NCBI GenBank assembly: GCA_965205505.1
Contig: CBDBHB010000008.1
Span: 416,001-480,000 of the forward strand
Direction of reading: 5' to 3'
DNA: 64,000 nucleotides
DNA from: Acidobacteriota bacterium
Lineage (GTDB): Bacteria; Acidobacteriota; UBA890; WLXD01
Below, in pieces: positions 25,017-35,496 of this stretch. Under the pieces are notes generated by a model, which saw nothing but the letters and a program-made list of their open reading frames with translations, was not told where the DNA came from and searched no databases. Made by a program: the position numbers and the translations under genes. Numbering within the stretch: the stretch's first letter is position 1; the number at the start of each line of letters is the position of its first letter.

Positions 25017-27086
25017 CTAGAAGTTGTTCGGAAAGTCGCCGGGTTCGCCGGCGTGCATACTTTCGGACCACTGCCAATCGAACACCGGCCGAACCACGTT
25101 GCAGATGAGCTCGTTCACGGCGCGGTGGCTTTGCTGCCACGCCGCGTTCGTGAGCGAAACCCACGCGGCATCCGAGTTCGAGATCGTAATCCGACCGAAT
25201 TGCTGACGACCGACCACCCATGGGGCATCCATCCGGTGTGACCAGTCGGGATCGTACAGCTCATTCGACCCGGGTGCGTATGCATGACTCCAGCGGTTGA
25301 TGATGATACCCGCGACATCACGCTGTGAGTCGAAGCCGCCAGGTCCCAGCACACGATCGAGCTGTGAGCGGATGTTGCGCTCGAAGGTCTCGAAGGTGAT
25401 CTCCTGCAGCTCGGTACGGCTGGCCTTCCATTGTTCGCGCGGCGGGAGCCCGGAGCCCGCCTTCTCCAGGATGCGAGCGGTGAGGGACATCCGGACGACA
25501 ATCGGCTCGTCCGGCGTGGACGCGTTCTGATACCCGCCGATGGCCGTTGGGACGGAGAGCCCGATCGACGTATAGAACATGCCTGGGCAGTTGATCGACG
25601 AGACGCCCAGCTTCTGGAACGCGCGCCAGTTGCGGATGGCCACACTGGTCGTGACGAGCGGCTTGCGCACCGCCATGTGCAAGGCGGCCTTCTGCGCCTC
25701 AGGCAGGTCCGGCACCAGGTAGGGAATGATGGCGTTGAAGCAGGCCATCACGACGCCGCGCGCGCGAACGGTGTGGGGTCTGCCGTCACGCAGATAGGTC
25801 ACCTCGACTTCCTTGGCCGTCACAGGGTCGCCCAGGTGCCTGGCGCGGATCGCCGTACTGGACAGACGAATGCGCACATCGTTCGTCGGACGGTCCAAGG
25901 CGGCGTAATCGATATTCTGCAAGACCGAATCATCCGCCGTGCGGCCTGGCAACGCGTCCGGTATCAGCCACCGGACCAAGAGCCGCGCCGCGGTGGTCGC
26001 GTTGTCGGGCCAGGCGATGTTCCGCCCCGGGTCTTTGACCAGGTTCGACAACTGCGAGGCGGGCGGGAGAGCCATCCCGTTAAAGCCGGGCGCGCTTTTG
26101 CGCCAGGCATACCAGGCGCTATAGGTATCCGGACCGGCGGTCTGGTTGGTCCCACCCGTGCCGCCCACCGAGAGGACATGGGCTACCGCGTCGGGATGGA
26201 TCTTGACGACGTTGCTCACAAAGTCGATGTAGCTCATCTTCTTGAGTTGCTCGACTTTCTCCGCGGTCGGGACCCCGGGCATCCAGTCACGGTGCTCGGT
26301 GAACAGCTTCAACAAGCCCTCTCGGGTGCCGGCTGAGTACGGCGTCTGGGCAAAGAATTCGGCGAACTGAGCATTCGTCGTCCCTTCCTCGCCCCTGCGG
26401 CCCCGGAGGCCCAATTCGGGCGGTGGGTCCATAACGAGCCGGTCCTCACCAGAGGACTCCTTGCCGAAGAACACCGCTCGCCGGAGACCCAACTCTCGCG
26501 GGGCGTTCGGGTTTTTGGCCACTTCTCTATCGTGGTGAGCGCGGTCAATCCCGATATCGCGCATCAACTCCTGTGCCTCGGGCGTAAACGTATTCGGACG
26601 CCAGAGGGCGGCGGTGCCGCCGCCCGCAATCAGGCGCTTGCCGTCCACCATGAATTCGTTGCGCACGGCGTGGCCCCCGAAATCTTCGCACGCATCGATC
26701 AGCAAGACCTTCGAGTGCGGGATCTGCTTCCGATAAAAATAGGCGGCGCCAAGTCCGGCCATGCCGGCACCCACAACAACCAGGTCGTAGAACTCGCCGG
26801 TATCGACCGGGGCGCTGAACGCTGTCCCGTCGCGGACGGCATGCCCCGCATTCATGGCCGCGTCAGTTTGCCCGCGGAGCCCTGTGATCATCGGTGGATA
26901 ATCCGAAGGCGGCGCTGACGGCAGCGGCAGTTGCGAGGATGCCGTCTGCGCGTGCGCGGGGGTGCCGCCTGCCAGAGTGGGGACCATCATCGTCCCCCCG
27001 ACGGTTATGGCCACGCCGTCCAGGAAATCCCGCCGTGAGATTCCTTCATCCATGCCGAGTGCGCGATCACGCTTCTTCTTGTTCAT
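25017..27086 (-). CDS. Tat-exported FAD-dependent oxidoreductase (spermidine dehydrogenase-like)
   Basis: 'ISRRDFLDG', 'YDLVVVGAGMAGL', 'DFGGHAVRNEF', 'INRWSHAY', 'RITISNSDA'. Confidence 0.85.
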   Translation of the reverse strand: MNKKKRDRALGMDEGISRRDFLDGVAITVGGTMMVPTLAGGTPAHAQTASSQLPLPSAPPSDYPPMITGLRGQTDAAMNAGHAVRDGTAFSAPVDTGEFYDLVVVGAGMAGLGAAYFYRKQIPHSKVLLIDACEDFGGHAVRNEFMVDGKRLIAGGGTAALWRPNTFTPEAQELMRDIGIDRAHHDREVAKNPNAPRELGLRRAVFFGKESSGEDRLVMDPPPELGLRGRRGEEGTTNAQFAEFFAQTPYSAGTREGLLKLFTEHRDWMPGVPTAEKVEQLKKMSYIDFVSNVVKIHPDAVAHVLSVGGTGGTNQTAGPDTYSAWYAWRKSAPGFNGMALPPASQLSNLVKDPGRNIAWPDNATTAARLLVRWLIPDALPGRTADDSVLQNIDYAALDRPTNDVRIRLSSTAIRARHLGDPVTAKEVEVTYLRDGRPHTVRARGVVMACFNAIIPYLVPDLPEAQKAALHMAVRKPLVTTSVAIRNWRAFQKLGVSSINCPGMFYTSIGLSVPTAIGGYQNASTPDEPIVVRMSLTARILEKAGSGLPPREQWKASRTELQEITFETFERNIRSQLDRVLGPGGFDSQRDVAGIIINRWSHAYAPGSNELYDPDWSHRMDAPWVVGRQQFGRITISNSDAAWVSLTNAAWQQSHRAVNELICNVVRPVFDWQWSESMHAGEPGDFPNNF

Positions 27087-27241
27087 GACACATCTCCTGT
27101 CAGCAAGATGACGAAGGCCCCAAGTCGCTTGCCCGGGGAGGCCAACCGCCCGAGGTTCGGATCCAGTACGTTGGTGTGACAGATGCCACACCAACGAAAG
27201 CCCACTGCAACCTCTGCGTTGCATGATGAGCAGTTCGCCAT
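27083..27241 (-). pseudogene. Zinc-ribbon / RDD-family N-terminal fragment
   Basis: 'CSSC...WCGIC' then 'LASPGKRLGAFV', ending abruptly. Confidence 0.55.
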
Positions 27242-27439
27242 GACCCGTCTCCTTCTGGCCGGAAGAGCGTTCCAACAAGTTGATCCGATGTTGGCAAACA
27301 CGCCCTTGTAGATAGCGCTCGGATGCAAGCACGGCGTCGCCACTATGTCCAGCCCGAGCGCTGAGGCCGCACCCCGCATGGTGGTGATGCCGAGATGCTG
27401 CGTAGCGTGCAGTTCTGGACCATGTAACGCAGATCCACG

Positions 27440-27492
27440 GTCGCTCTCAACTGGTTCGACGAGCTGAAGCGGCTCGTGCCGACGGACCCGTA
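27440..27492 (+). pseudogene. C-terminal remnant of an Acidobacterial Ser/Thr kinase-TolB protein
   Basis: Translates as 'VALNWFDELKRLVPTDP*', the typical ending of this family. Confidence 0.6.
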
Positions 27493-27620
27493 GCGTCCTG
27501 GGCCAAGTCTCGCGAGCCGAGCCACCCGCCCATTGCTCTGTCGAGGGCGCGCAGCGGGTTCTCCGGTAAACAAATGGCCCCGAAAGTGGCCCCAAGCCCG
27601 GATGGCCGGAGCCAGAAAAA

Positions 27621-27688
27621 TGGCGGAAGCGCCTGGGAATCGAACCCAGCAAGGACGCCTTCCGACGCCCCCCAACGGATTTGACGTC
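27621..27688 (-). tRNA. selC: 3' half of tRNA-Sec (att-site remnant, not a full gene)
   Basis: Minus strand: TCAAATCC, long variable arm, GGTTCGATTCCC, GCGCTTCCGCCA; no matching GGAAGCG 5' acceptor strand upstream. Confidence 0.8.
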
Positions 27689-27846
27689 TGTGAAGGTCGA
27701 GGCAGCGCAGCGCGACAGTGTTGACCATCGGCAAGGCCATTTTCCCGTGACCATCCGTTACCCGGCCGTTACCGTAGCCCCAGACGCAGTAAATCCCGGT
27801 GACCAGCACGGGGAAGTAAGTTGCTGAGCCACCGGGACTTACTGGA

Positions 27847-27889
27847 GTAGTGGGGGTAGGATTCGAGCCTACGACCTTCGGGTTATGAG
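27847..27889 (-). tRNA. Degenerate 3' half of initiator tRNA-Met (att-site remnant)
   Basis: Minus strand: CTCATAACCCGAAGGTCGTAGGCTCGAATCCTACCCCCACTAC; 5' half absent. Confidence 0.8.
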
Positions 27890-28208
27890 ATTGACGAGGG
27901 CCGATTCTAAGTCCCTTAGACCCTTACAGATAGGGCTTTTGCCGCATCTCTCCAAGGCAAAACGCGGCAACATGAGTTACTCGTCGGTTACACTTTCGCC
28001 ACCGCCTTCGAGCTCCTCCAGGAGCCGTTTCGCGTCCGGCATCAGGTGACCGTAAACATCCACGGTCACCTGGAACGAGGAGTGGCCCGCCGCTCGTGAA
28101 ACGCGGAACGGGTTGGCACCTCCGACCAGCATGTTCGACACCCATGTGTGTCGCAGACCGTGGAACCCGTGGTAGCGGCAGACTGAAAAGGGACTGTGAG
28201 ACTCAGGC

Positions 28209-28427
28209 CTAGCCGCGAAGGGTCCGCACCGGCAGCTGGAAGATAGCGTAGCCCCAGACGAACGCGCTGAACACGCCGCCCATCTGCACGGCGGAGATCC
28301 CCAGCTCCGAGGTTACGAACGGGGCGGCGATCGACAGGTTCAGCCGCACGACGTAGGAGACAAAGCTCAGGCCAAGCAACAACCCGAGGATCCGCCAGCG
28401 GACCATCGTTGGTCGGTCGGTGCTCAT
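28209..28427 (-). pseudogene. MFS (ACS-type) transporter, N-terminal fragment
   Basis: 'VRWRILGLL...RLNLSIAAP...MGGVFSAFVWGYAIFQLP' then truncation. Confidence 0.8.
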
Positions 28428-28749
28428 CGGTACCTGCGTCATGGACCCGCCGGGGAGCCCGACGGGCAAGAAACCGCGCTCTTTGCCGCTTACCGTCCGG
28501 CGCTCGGGCTCGATCTTGCGGTGACCCCCCACGGACGCCGCCACGCCGACGCCGCTTCTCCGAGGCCGAGCCTGGCCTCGTGGGACCATACCTGAAGTCT
28601 CCCCCCGACACTATGGCTCCGTCAGCGCGGGGTGAGCCAGTTAACCTGCGTTTGGCGCGTTATGGGCATGGAGCGAGATCCTCTCGTTCCAGCGCCTGGC
28701 TCGCGGATGTTGGCCGGCATGACATCGACCAGAAACGGTGACAGCCCGA

Positions 28750-30015
28750 TGCTAGCCGCCATGTCGACCGTACCGAACGCCGGGCGAGCTCCCGCAGCGG
28801 CGCCGATCGCGACACGAGCCCGTCTCGGGGCAAGGCTAGCTCGACTGGTCTGGTGCGCCGTGCTGTTCATGGCGGCGTCTTGGCTGGTAGTTCCGAGCGC
28901 CGAGGCCCAGTTGAACAGCGGACAGCGCATGAGGGTCCCGGGTGAGGTCTACGCCGGCGAACCCCTCCGCGAGATCGCGGCACAGTCCGCCGCGTTGCTC
29001 CGTGGCCAGTTCGACGATGCGACGAGCTCGTTCCTTGTCGAGCTGGCACCCCTCCCCGAGTCGCAGCGCCGTGGGCTGACGAACGCCAACGAAAAGCCCG
29101 GAGCTCCTCTGCAGATCGGCGTTGAACGCACCGTGCCGCCACGGTTCCGAGGAGCCATGCGCAGCAGCAACCTGGACTGGATCGTTACCCCTGACGGGGG
29201 CATGGCGGCGACGTTCACCGTGAGGTCACCCGGGGCCGTCGCCACGCGCGTGGCGCTGCGAATGGCGCAGGTTCCAGCGGGGGTGCAGGTCCGGTTCTTC
29301 AATGCGGCGCAGCCGGGGCAGAGCTTCGGGCCTTATGGGCGCGACGAATTCCGGGCCCAGGCGCACGCGGCGATGGATGCTGGCGGCGCGCCGGGTCCGT
29401 ATTGGTCGCCTGTGGTCGGCGGCGACACGCTCGGCGTCGAGATCTATGTGCGGCGTCGGGCGCAGCGCGACCGCCTCGAGTTCTCGATCGAGGGCGTCGC
29501 CCACCTGCTTTACTCGCCGAAGTACTCCGACCCGGAAGATATCGTCGGGGTCAAGGCCTCGCAAAGCTGCGAGATCGATCTTGCCTGCAAGTCCAGTTGG
29601 CAATCGGCAGGCAACGCTGTGGCGCGGATCGTTTTTCAGGACGGCGGCACCTTCCTGTGCACGGGCCAGCTCATGAGCGATGCCGATCCGAACAGCACAA
29701 TCCCCTACTTCAGCACCGCGACCCATTGCGTCGGCAACCAAGGAGCTGCGGGCTCGATCAACTTCTTCTGGTTTGACCAGCGGACCGGCTGCGGCGGAGG
29801 CGGCACGACCACTCAGCAGACCTCCGGTGGCGCCACCTTGCTGTCCGCCTCGGGCACCAACAGCGGCACTGACTTCTCGTTCATGCGTCTGAACCAGTCT
29901 CCGCCAGGCGGCGTCAGCTTCTTGGGATGGGACACCGGCACGGTGGGTCTGGGCGCGGCGATCACCGGCATCCATCATCCGGCTGGTGACGTCAAAAAGA
30001 TCAGCCAGGGCACCC
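28750..30015 (+). pseudogene. Lysyl-endopeptidase-like trypsin-fold protease, truncated before the catalytic Ser
   Basis: 'YWSPVVGGD', 'CEIDLAC', 'FLCTGQLM', 'TATHCV', 'GTDFSFMRL', 'GIHHPAGDVKKIS'; no GSSG. Confidence 0.8.
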
Positions 30016-30985
30016 TTTCGGTGACGAGTGGTACTACGGCATGGAAACGGCCGACGGATACACGATCCTCCGCAACCCCGACAGCGGCTGGTGGTCGTAT
30101 GCCGAGGCCACGCCGAGCGGGGCGCTGGTGGACTCGAGCCAGCGCGTCAGAATGCTCCCTCCGGTCGGTATTCCGCTGCACCTGCGCGACACCCGAAGTG
30201 TGGCACGGGCCGAGCAGATGCGTGCGCAGCGGAACCGGCATGCGCGCTCCGCTACGGGGTTTGCCTTGCCGGATTGGTACGAATCGACGGGCACCCTGCA
30301 CTGTGCTCGTCATTCTGGTCCAGTTCGCAGACCTGAAGCTCGTCGGCTCCAACGCGGCCGACTGGAATAAGCGCATCTTCAAGGGCAAGAGCAGCCTCGC
30401 GGGTTATTAGAAAGAGGTCTCGTACAGGACACTGAAGCTTCAGCCGGCCAAGGAGACCCACGGCAAGAGCAATGACGGCGTGGTCACGGTGAGCTTGAAC
30501 GATAACCACCTGGGCACGAGCGGCAGCCATGACTTTTTTCGTGACATCGCAGCCTTTTCGCATGACATCGCAGCGAAGGCGATTCGGGCCGTCGATCCTT
30601 TCGTCGATTTCACCGCGCCCGAGAAGAGATTCGGCGGTTCGCTACAGGCCGACGAGTTGTCGATCATCATTGTGCTGGCTGGCTATGAGAACTCGTACGG
30701 CGGCAGCGCCTCGAAGCTGGCCCTCGGTGTGGGGTCATGCCTGGAGCCTTCCAGACGAGGCGGCACCGACGCTCGACGGCACCATTGTTGGCACTGGCTC
30801 CCAATGGCACGGATACCAGATGTTCGGTGAACACCACGCGATCGTGCTCCAGGCCCAGCGACCACACCGCCACGATCGGCCTCGTGGCCCACGAGATGGG
30901 TCACGCCTTCGGGTTTCTACCTGACTTGTACGACACCGACGGTACCTCGGACGGGATCGGACGATGGGGCGTGATGGGCTTCGGC
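30016..30985 (+). pseudogene. M6 (immune inhibitor A) metalloprotease, fragmented
   Basis: 'ETADGYTI...WWSYAE', 'VLVILVQFAD', 'GY*KEVSY', 'DPFVDF', 'VAHEMGHAFGFLPDLYD...IGRWGVMG' across several frames. Confidence 0.8.
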
Positions 30986-31140
30986 GCCGCCGCGCGCCTC
31001 GATCTGCGCCGCGTCGGGCGCGAGTGGCACGGCCCCTGTCCGCGGCGCGGCGGCGCCGACCGTTCTGGGTTCGACCCGCGGACGAGATCATCTCCGAGCG
31101 CACGCGCGACAAGATGGCGGTGGTGCGCCACAAGGGCACC
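30986..31140 (+). pseudogene. Adjacent fragments of a primase Zn-binding domain and a serine recombinase
   Basis: 'LRRVGREWHGPCPRRGGADR' followed by 'EIISERTRDKMAVVRHKG'. Confidence 0.55.
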
Positions 31141-31564
31141 GGGTCACGTCAGTCTCATCGACGGCCCTCGTGCGTGTAGTTCAGATGGCTGTCGAAAATG
31201 TCAAAAACACTGCCGCCGCCAACGGTGCGCGAAGTTGGACGATCTGGCCGGCGAACTCGTGGACCAAAAGCGCGTGCTCAAGGGCATCCTCATCGAGGGC
31301 TACAACTGGCTCCTGAAACAGATCGAGGACAAGGGGCAGTGCAAGGAGATGCGGAAGTTCGAGGTCGACGCGCAGGGGCACCCTGTGGGCGACGTCACGG
31401 TGCGCCGGACGTTATAGAGACTGCCAGACGTGCGCCCGCGCGACGTCGTGGCCGCCGGCGCGAACTCGGCACGCTCTTGGCGACCCCGACAAGAGCGTGG
31501 AACTCCGCATGCAATCGTACGTGAACGTGGGGTTCACTAACCTGAACTCAGTATATGTCGACGC

Positions 31565-32428
31565 CTACTTTTGGAAGTGCCCGCATCCAAAGAGGCCCGG
31601 AATCTCAAACGGCAGAGGGCCAAAGTCTTCAGCATACCGGTGACCGAGGTCCATCATGGTGATTCCCTCGATGGTTCGGAAGCCCTCTTCAGCCATCAAC
31701 GCACTCATCTGAGCCAGACTGAAGTCGCTTCGCACCGGCTCTCCTCGCTTGGCAACGTACGCTTCTATCTGTGCCCGTTTTTCCCGGTGCTCGGGCCACG
31801 CGGAGCCGGCGTCGAGCATGTAATCGACAACCAGCTGCGAACCGGCGGCCACGCCGCCCACAATAGAGCGGACTGTCGAGGCAAGGACATCCCGCGGCAA
31901 ATAGTAGATAACCCCCAGGAGGGACAGGAACGCTCTTCTTGCTGGTTCGAACCCCGATTCGGACAAAGCGTTCATCACCGGAATTCGCTCAAGATCCGCA
32001 GGTACAAAATGCAATCCACGCGGCATATCCAGGCCGGCTCGCTGGAGACGCTTTTGTTTGATCTTCTGCATGGCTGGCCGGTCGATCTCAAACACTTGAA
32101 GGCGTGGCATGAGATCGGACCGGCGAAGGGCAAACGAATCCATGCCCGCCCCGATGATCACATACTGGGTGATGCCAGCCACGACTGCGGCCTCTAGCGC
32201 CTGTTCGGCGTAACGCGCCCGGATCAGTGTCCCGAGCGCGGCCGGTTGGAGGGCGCGCAGCACGCAGTGCGCCATGAGCCAGCTGGCGGGACGAATGCGC
32301 ACAATCCAGCGCATGTATCGACCGCAAAGCAGAATGGCGTACGGGTCGTCGAGGAGCCGTACGCGGTCCCGCTGGTGCAGGGCACGGACTGCGGCCACGA
32401 GGTCAGCAGTCGAGGCGCGTGTCTTCAT
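31565..32428 (-). CDS. SAM-dependent methyltransferase (LCM/YktD family)
   Basis: 'LLDDPYA', 'RARYAE', 'QYVIIGAGMDSFA', 'VFEIDRP', 'FVPADLE', 'LGVIYYL'. Confidence 0.92.
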   Translation of the reverse strand: MKTRASTADLVAAVRALHQRDRVRLLDDPYAILLCGRYMRWIVRIRPASWLMAHCVLRALQPAALGTLIRARYAEQALEAAVVAGITQYVIIGAGMDSFALRRSDLMPRLQVFEIDRPAMQKIKQKRLQRAGLDMPRGLHFVPADLERIPVMNALSESGFEPARRAFLSLLGVIYYLPRDVLASTVRSIVGGVAAGSQLVVDYMLDAGSAWPEHREKRAQIEAYVAKRGEPVRSDFSLAQMSALMAEEGFRTIEGITMMDLGHRYAEDFGPLPFEIPGLFGCGHFQK

Positions 32429-32496
32429 GTGTGTGATCATATAGAGAAGATTCACGCCGAACGAGAAGGTCACGATGCGCATCGGGGAGGGAAGCC

Positions 32497-33456
32497 ATGC
32501 ACAAACGGTCTTTCAGAGCACTGATCCTACGGACCTGCGTACTGCTGGTCGCGTTTATCGGCGTTAGTGTTGGCCCGGCCTGGGCACAGGCGAGCAGTGG
32601 CTTTTATCTGAGCAGCGAGCGGGGCGCTAGCTTTGCCTCGGGGATGGATCTAATCGGAGACAGCGACGACCGGGAAAGCGCGTGCGACGAGTTCCTCAAC
32701 CCGTGGTACTTGCTGGGCGGAGAGCGGTGCACGACGGCCGCTCGCGGAGAGGGGGATACCTGGAAGAGCGTGTTTGACAAGGCCAAGGGCATTGCGGCCG
32801 GCGGGGCGCTCGGCTATCGTCTGGGGGGGCGGTTTCGGCTCGAGTTGGAGTACTTCTTCTACAACTCGGAGTACGATCAGACATCGCCGGTTGCGAGCGC
32901 TGCGGGGGTTAACTTCGCCAAGCTCGGTCAAGAGATCGAACGGGCCGAGGAACGTCTCGGTAACCTGACCTCACACAACCTGTTCGGGAACCTGTATTTC
33001 GATTTCGTCAACAGCAGCCGGCTCACCCCCTATGTCGGGGTTGGTGCCGGAGTCGGGTTTACCGATGTGGACTTCGGGAGCGTTTGGGCGAGGAACCCCG
33101 ACCCGAGCAAGATCATCACGGGCGCAGACTTCCCGTTTGAATCCGAAGCCCAGCTAGCTGTGTTCCGCCGGAACCTGGCTGGCACCGTAAGCAGTGCGCA
33201 AAGCGAACTCAGCGACACGCTGTTCGGCTATCAGGTGCTGCTCGGTGCTGACTATGCCCTCACCGAGCGAGTATCGCTGGGCGTCCGGGGCCGCTGGGTC
33301 AACTACTCGTCCCTCACCGATGCCACTGTTTGGGACCCGTTACGCAGTCACGAGCCTAACGTGCGACGTGATGGAAGCGAGCCAGTGCAAGGCTGGATGA
33401 CGAGCCACGATATCGCCATGTTCGACCTCAGCATGAGCCTAAAGTACGCCTTCTAA
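32497..33456 (+). CDS. Outer-membrane beta-barrel protein (opacity/P44-like)
   Basis: Signal peptide, 'FRLELEY', 'NLYFDF...LTPYVGVGAG', 'FGYQVLLGADY', C-terminal YAF. Confidence 0.85.
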   Translation: MHKRSFRALILRTCVLLVAFIGVSVGPAWAQASSGFYLSSERGASFASGMDLIGDSDDRESACDEFLNPWYLLGGERCTTAARGEGDTWKSVFDKAKGIAAGGALGYRLGGRFRLELEYFFYNSEYDQTSPVASAAGVNFAKLGQEIERAEERLGNLTSHNLFGNLYFDFVNSSRLTPYVGVGAGVGFTDVDFGSVWARNPDPSKIITGADFPFESEAQLAVFRRNLAGTVSSAQSELSDTLFGYQVLLGADYALTERVSLGVRGRWVNYSSLTDATVWDPLRSHEPNVRRDGSEPVQGWMTSHDIAMFDLSMSLKYAF

Positions 33457-33680
33457 TAACTGCCTGATCGGTCATGGACAGCACACGCAGCAATGCGGCG
33501 CGCCCCAATCGCACTTGCGAATTTCTCCTTGTAAGTTCCATTTCAGTACTCCCGGTGGTCCTAGTAGTTGGCGGATTCCCTTGCCGGACGGGCCAGCTGG
33601 TTTTGTGCCGCATGGCGGAGGTGACTACTCTCAACTTTAGCCCCTCGCCCCAAATCGCCCCCCAAGAAGGATTAAGGACG

Positions 33681-33854
33681 ATGGTCTCCCCGCTGATGTT
33701 CGCGTTCTTCTTGTTCTTGGTCATTGCGTTTCTGTTCGCGGTGTCTCGGAGCGCCCGCAACAGCACCATGACTACCGCAGCCGACCTGCGGGACGAGGAC
33801 CGATCCTCGGACGTCACCGCAGAGGAAGCGTTCTATCAGGACGAACAGAGCTAG
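33681..33854 (+). CDS. Small single-TM hypothetical protein (57 aa)
   Basis: AAGGA before ATG; hydrophobic N-terminus, acidic tail. Confidence 0.45.
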   Translation: MVSPLMFAFFLFLVIAFLFAVSRSARNSTMTTAADLRDEDRSSDVTAEEAFYQDEQS

Positions 33855-33989
33855 TAGGACTTGCCCTCTGACGTGATCGTGCCATCAGAGGCAAGCGGCG
33901 ACGGGGGTTCGAGTGGGTTTATCGACCTCTCCCACTCACGGTGGTGCCGAGAACGGGTGCGAGGGCACTGCGCTCTCATGTTGCTCACA

Positions 33990-34228
33990 CTGGCGGGCCT
34001 GGCGATCTCGGCAGCCTTCCCGGCGCCCGGTGGTAGGATCGTCGCCTCAGGAGCCGGACGGCGCGCACGCACCCGATAGCGCCGCTCCCAGCATGGACGT
34101 CGTCCGCGCCGTCGAGCCGCCCGTGAAGGACGGCATCTTGGACGAATCCAGCTGGGCGCTGGCCGATGTCGCCACCAACTTTCCTGCAACGCGAGCCGCA
34201 AGAAGGTCAGCCGGCAACCGAGCGTACC
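33990..34228 (+). pseudogene. Second DUF5916/CBM9-like N-terminal fragment, cut by an IS end
   Basis: 'EPPVKDGILDESSWALA..TNF' then 'QREPQEGQPATERT' in another frame. Confidence 0.65.
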
Positions 34229-34278
34229 TGACCTGACCCCACGGTTAGTACCACGTCTAATCTCAGTAACTCGGTGCT
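34229..34278 (+). mobile_element. Solo IS3-family left end
   Basis: TGACCTGACCCC...TAATCTCA matches the IS end at 63235. Confidence 0.7.
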
Positions 34279-34304
34279 TGACCCCACCCCGAAATCAGTA
34301 CCAG

Positions 34305-35135
34305 TCAGAGGTTTAGGATTCGGTGTTCCGAAGCCTCCGGTTGCCAGCCCCTGGCGAACTCCGTAGGAGTTCGATCGTTCAGTGAGCTGTGTGGTCTGTG
34401 GGTATTGTAATCAAGCCTCCAAGCCTCCAGTTTTCGGCGCGCGTCATCGATCGAGAAGAACAGGTTGGCGTTGAGGCATTCGTCGCGAAGCCGTCCGTTG
34501 AAACTCTCGATGAACGCATTCTCCACGGGCTTTCCCGGCCGAATGAACTCCAACTGCACGCCTCTTCGGTACGCCCAGGAGTCCATCGCCTGGGAGTAGA
34601 ATTCTGAGCCATTGTCGACGGTGATGACCCGTGGCAACGGCCCGGCAAACGACAGCCGCTCGAGTGCTCCAGCCACCGCCTTGCCGGTCATCGACACGCC
34701 CGGCTCAAGTAACGGACATTCACGGCTAAACTGATCGACCACCGTCAGCACCCGAAACGGCCGGCCACTCTCGAGCCGATCGGTCACGAAGTCCATGCTC
34801 CAGCGCTCGTTGGGCCGCTCTGCGGGCGGCAGCACAAGCCGTATGTGACTCGCCCGCTTGCGCCGTCGCTTTTTGGTCCGTACCTCCAGCCCCTCCTCTC
34901 GATAGATCCGATACACGCGCTTCTGGTTCACTACCCATCCCTCGCGGCGTAGCAACACGCACAACCTCCGATACCCGAACCGCGGACGCGCCGCGGCGAG
35001 CTCGCCAAGACGACGCCGCAGCACGGGGTCGTCCGTCCTTGTGCTCTGATACCGATGGCTGGTGCGCGACAACTCGATCAGCCGACACGCTCGACGCTCA
35101 CTGACACGGAACCCGTCCTGCAGGTACCGCACCAC
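34305..35135 (-). CDS. IS3 transposase OrfB (DDE)
   Basis: 'WSMDFVTD', 'VDNGSEF', '[23 protein letters not shown]'. Confidence 0.95.
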   Translation of the reverse strand: MVRYLQDGFRVSERRACRLIELSRTSHRYQSTRTDDPVLRRRLGELAAARPRFGYRRLCVLLRREGWVVNQKRVYRIYREEGLEVRTKKRRRKRASHIRLVLPPAERPNERWSMDFVTDRLESGRPFRVLTVVDQFSRECPLLEPGVSMTGKAVAGALERLSFAGPLPRVITVDNGSEFYSQAMDSWAYRRGVQLEFIRPGKPVENAFIESFNGRLRDECLNANLFFSIDDARRKLEAWRLDYNTHRPHSSLNDRTPTEFARGWQPEASEHRILNL

Positions 35136-35155
35136 CTCGCGCTTGCGCGCCGGCT

Positions 35156-35422
35156 TTACACCTTTTTTGACAGCACCTCCTGGAGCATGTGCTTGTCCAA
35201 GCTCAGATCTGCCACCAGCTGCTTCAACTTCCGGTTCTCATGGCGGAGTTGTCGTAGCTCCCGAAGTTCGGCCACGCCCATCCCGGCGAACTTGCGGCGC
35301 CACGTGTACAACGTCTGCTCGCTGACGCCCAGCTTGCGACACACCTCCTTGATCGGCGTGCCCGCCTCAGCCTGCCGCAGCGCGTAGGCGATCTGCTCGT
35401 CCGTGTACCTCTTCCGCTTCAT
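35156..35422 (-). CDS. IS3 transposase OrfA
   Basis: 'RYTDEQI..LRQAEAG...[18 protein letters not shown]'. Confidence 0.95.
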   Translation of the reverse strand: MKRKRYTDEQIAYALRQAEAGTPIKEVCRKLGVSEQTLYTWRRKFAGMGVAELRELRQLRHENRKLKQLVADLSLDKHMLQEVLSKKV

Positions 35423-35496
35423 CTGTCCTCCTGCTTGGAGGACGACGGTACACCGATTTCCTAAACATCAACCTGGCACCGTTTTCGGGGTTTGGG

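Noticed and set aside
27621-27889. Functional tRNA-Sec and tRNA-Met genes
   Set aside because: 5' acceptor strands and D arms are missing, and the Met copy has a mutated T loop; kept only as att remnants.
13373-30410. Amber recoding (pyrrolysine or alternative code), suggested by in-frame TAGs at 13373 and 30408
   Set aside because: They replace different expected residues (Glu, Tyr); TAG is a normal stop elsewhere (381, 18721, 57616, 61213); no pyl genes seen.
28632-30410. A single intact 592-aa protease ORF
   Set aside because: Lacks the catalytic Ser; the 3' part is out-of-frame or fragmentary M6 sequence.
31500-33460. Integron cassette array (methyltransferase and OMP genes)
   Set aside because: No convincing attC sites, the genes are divergent, and no IntI is present.
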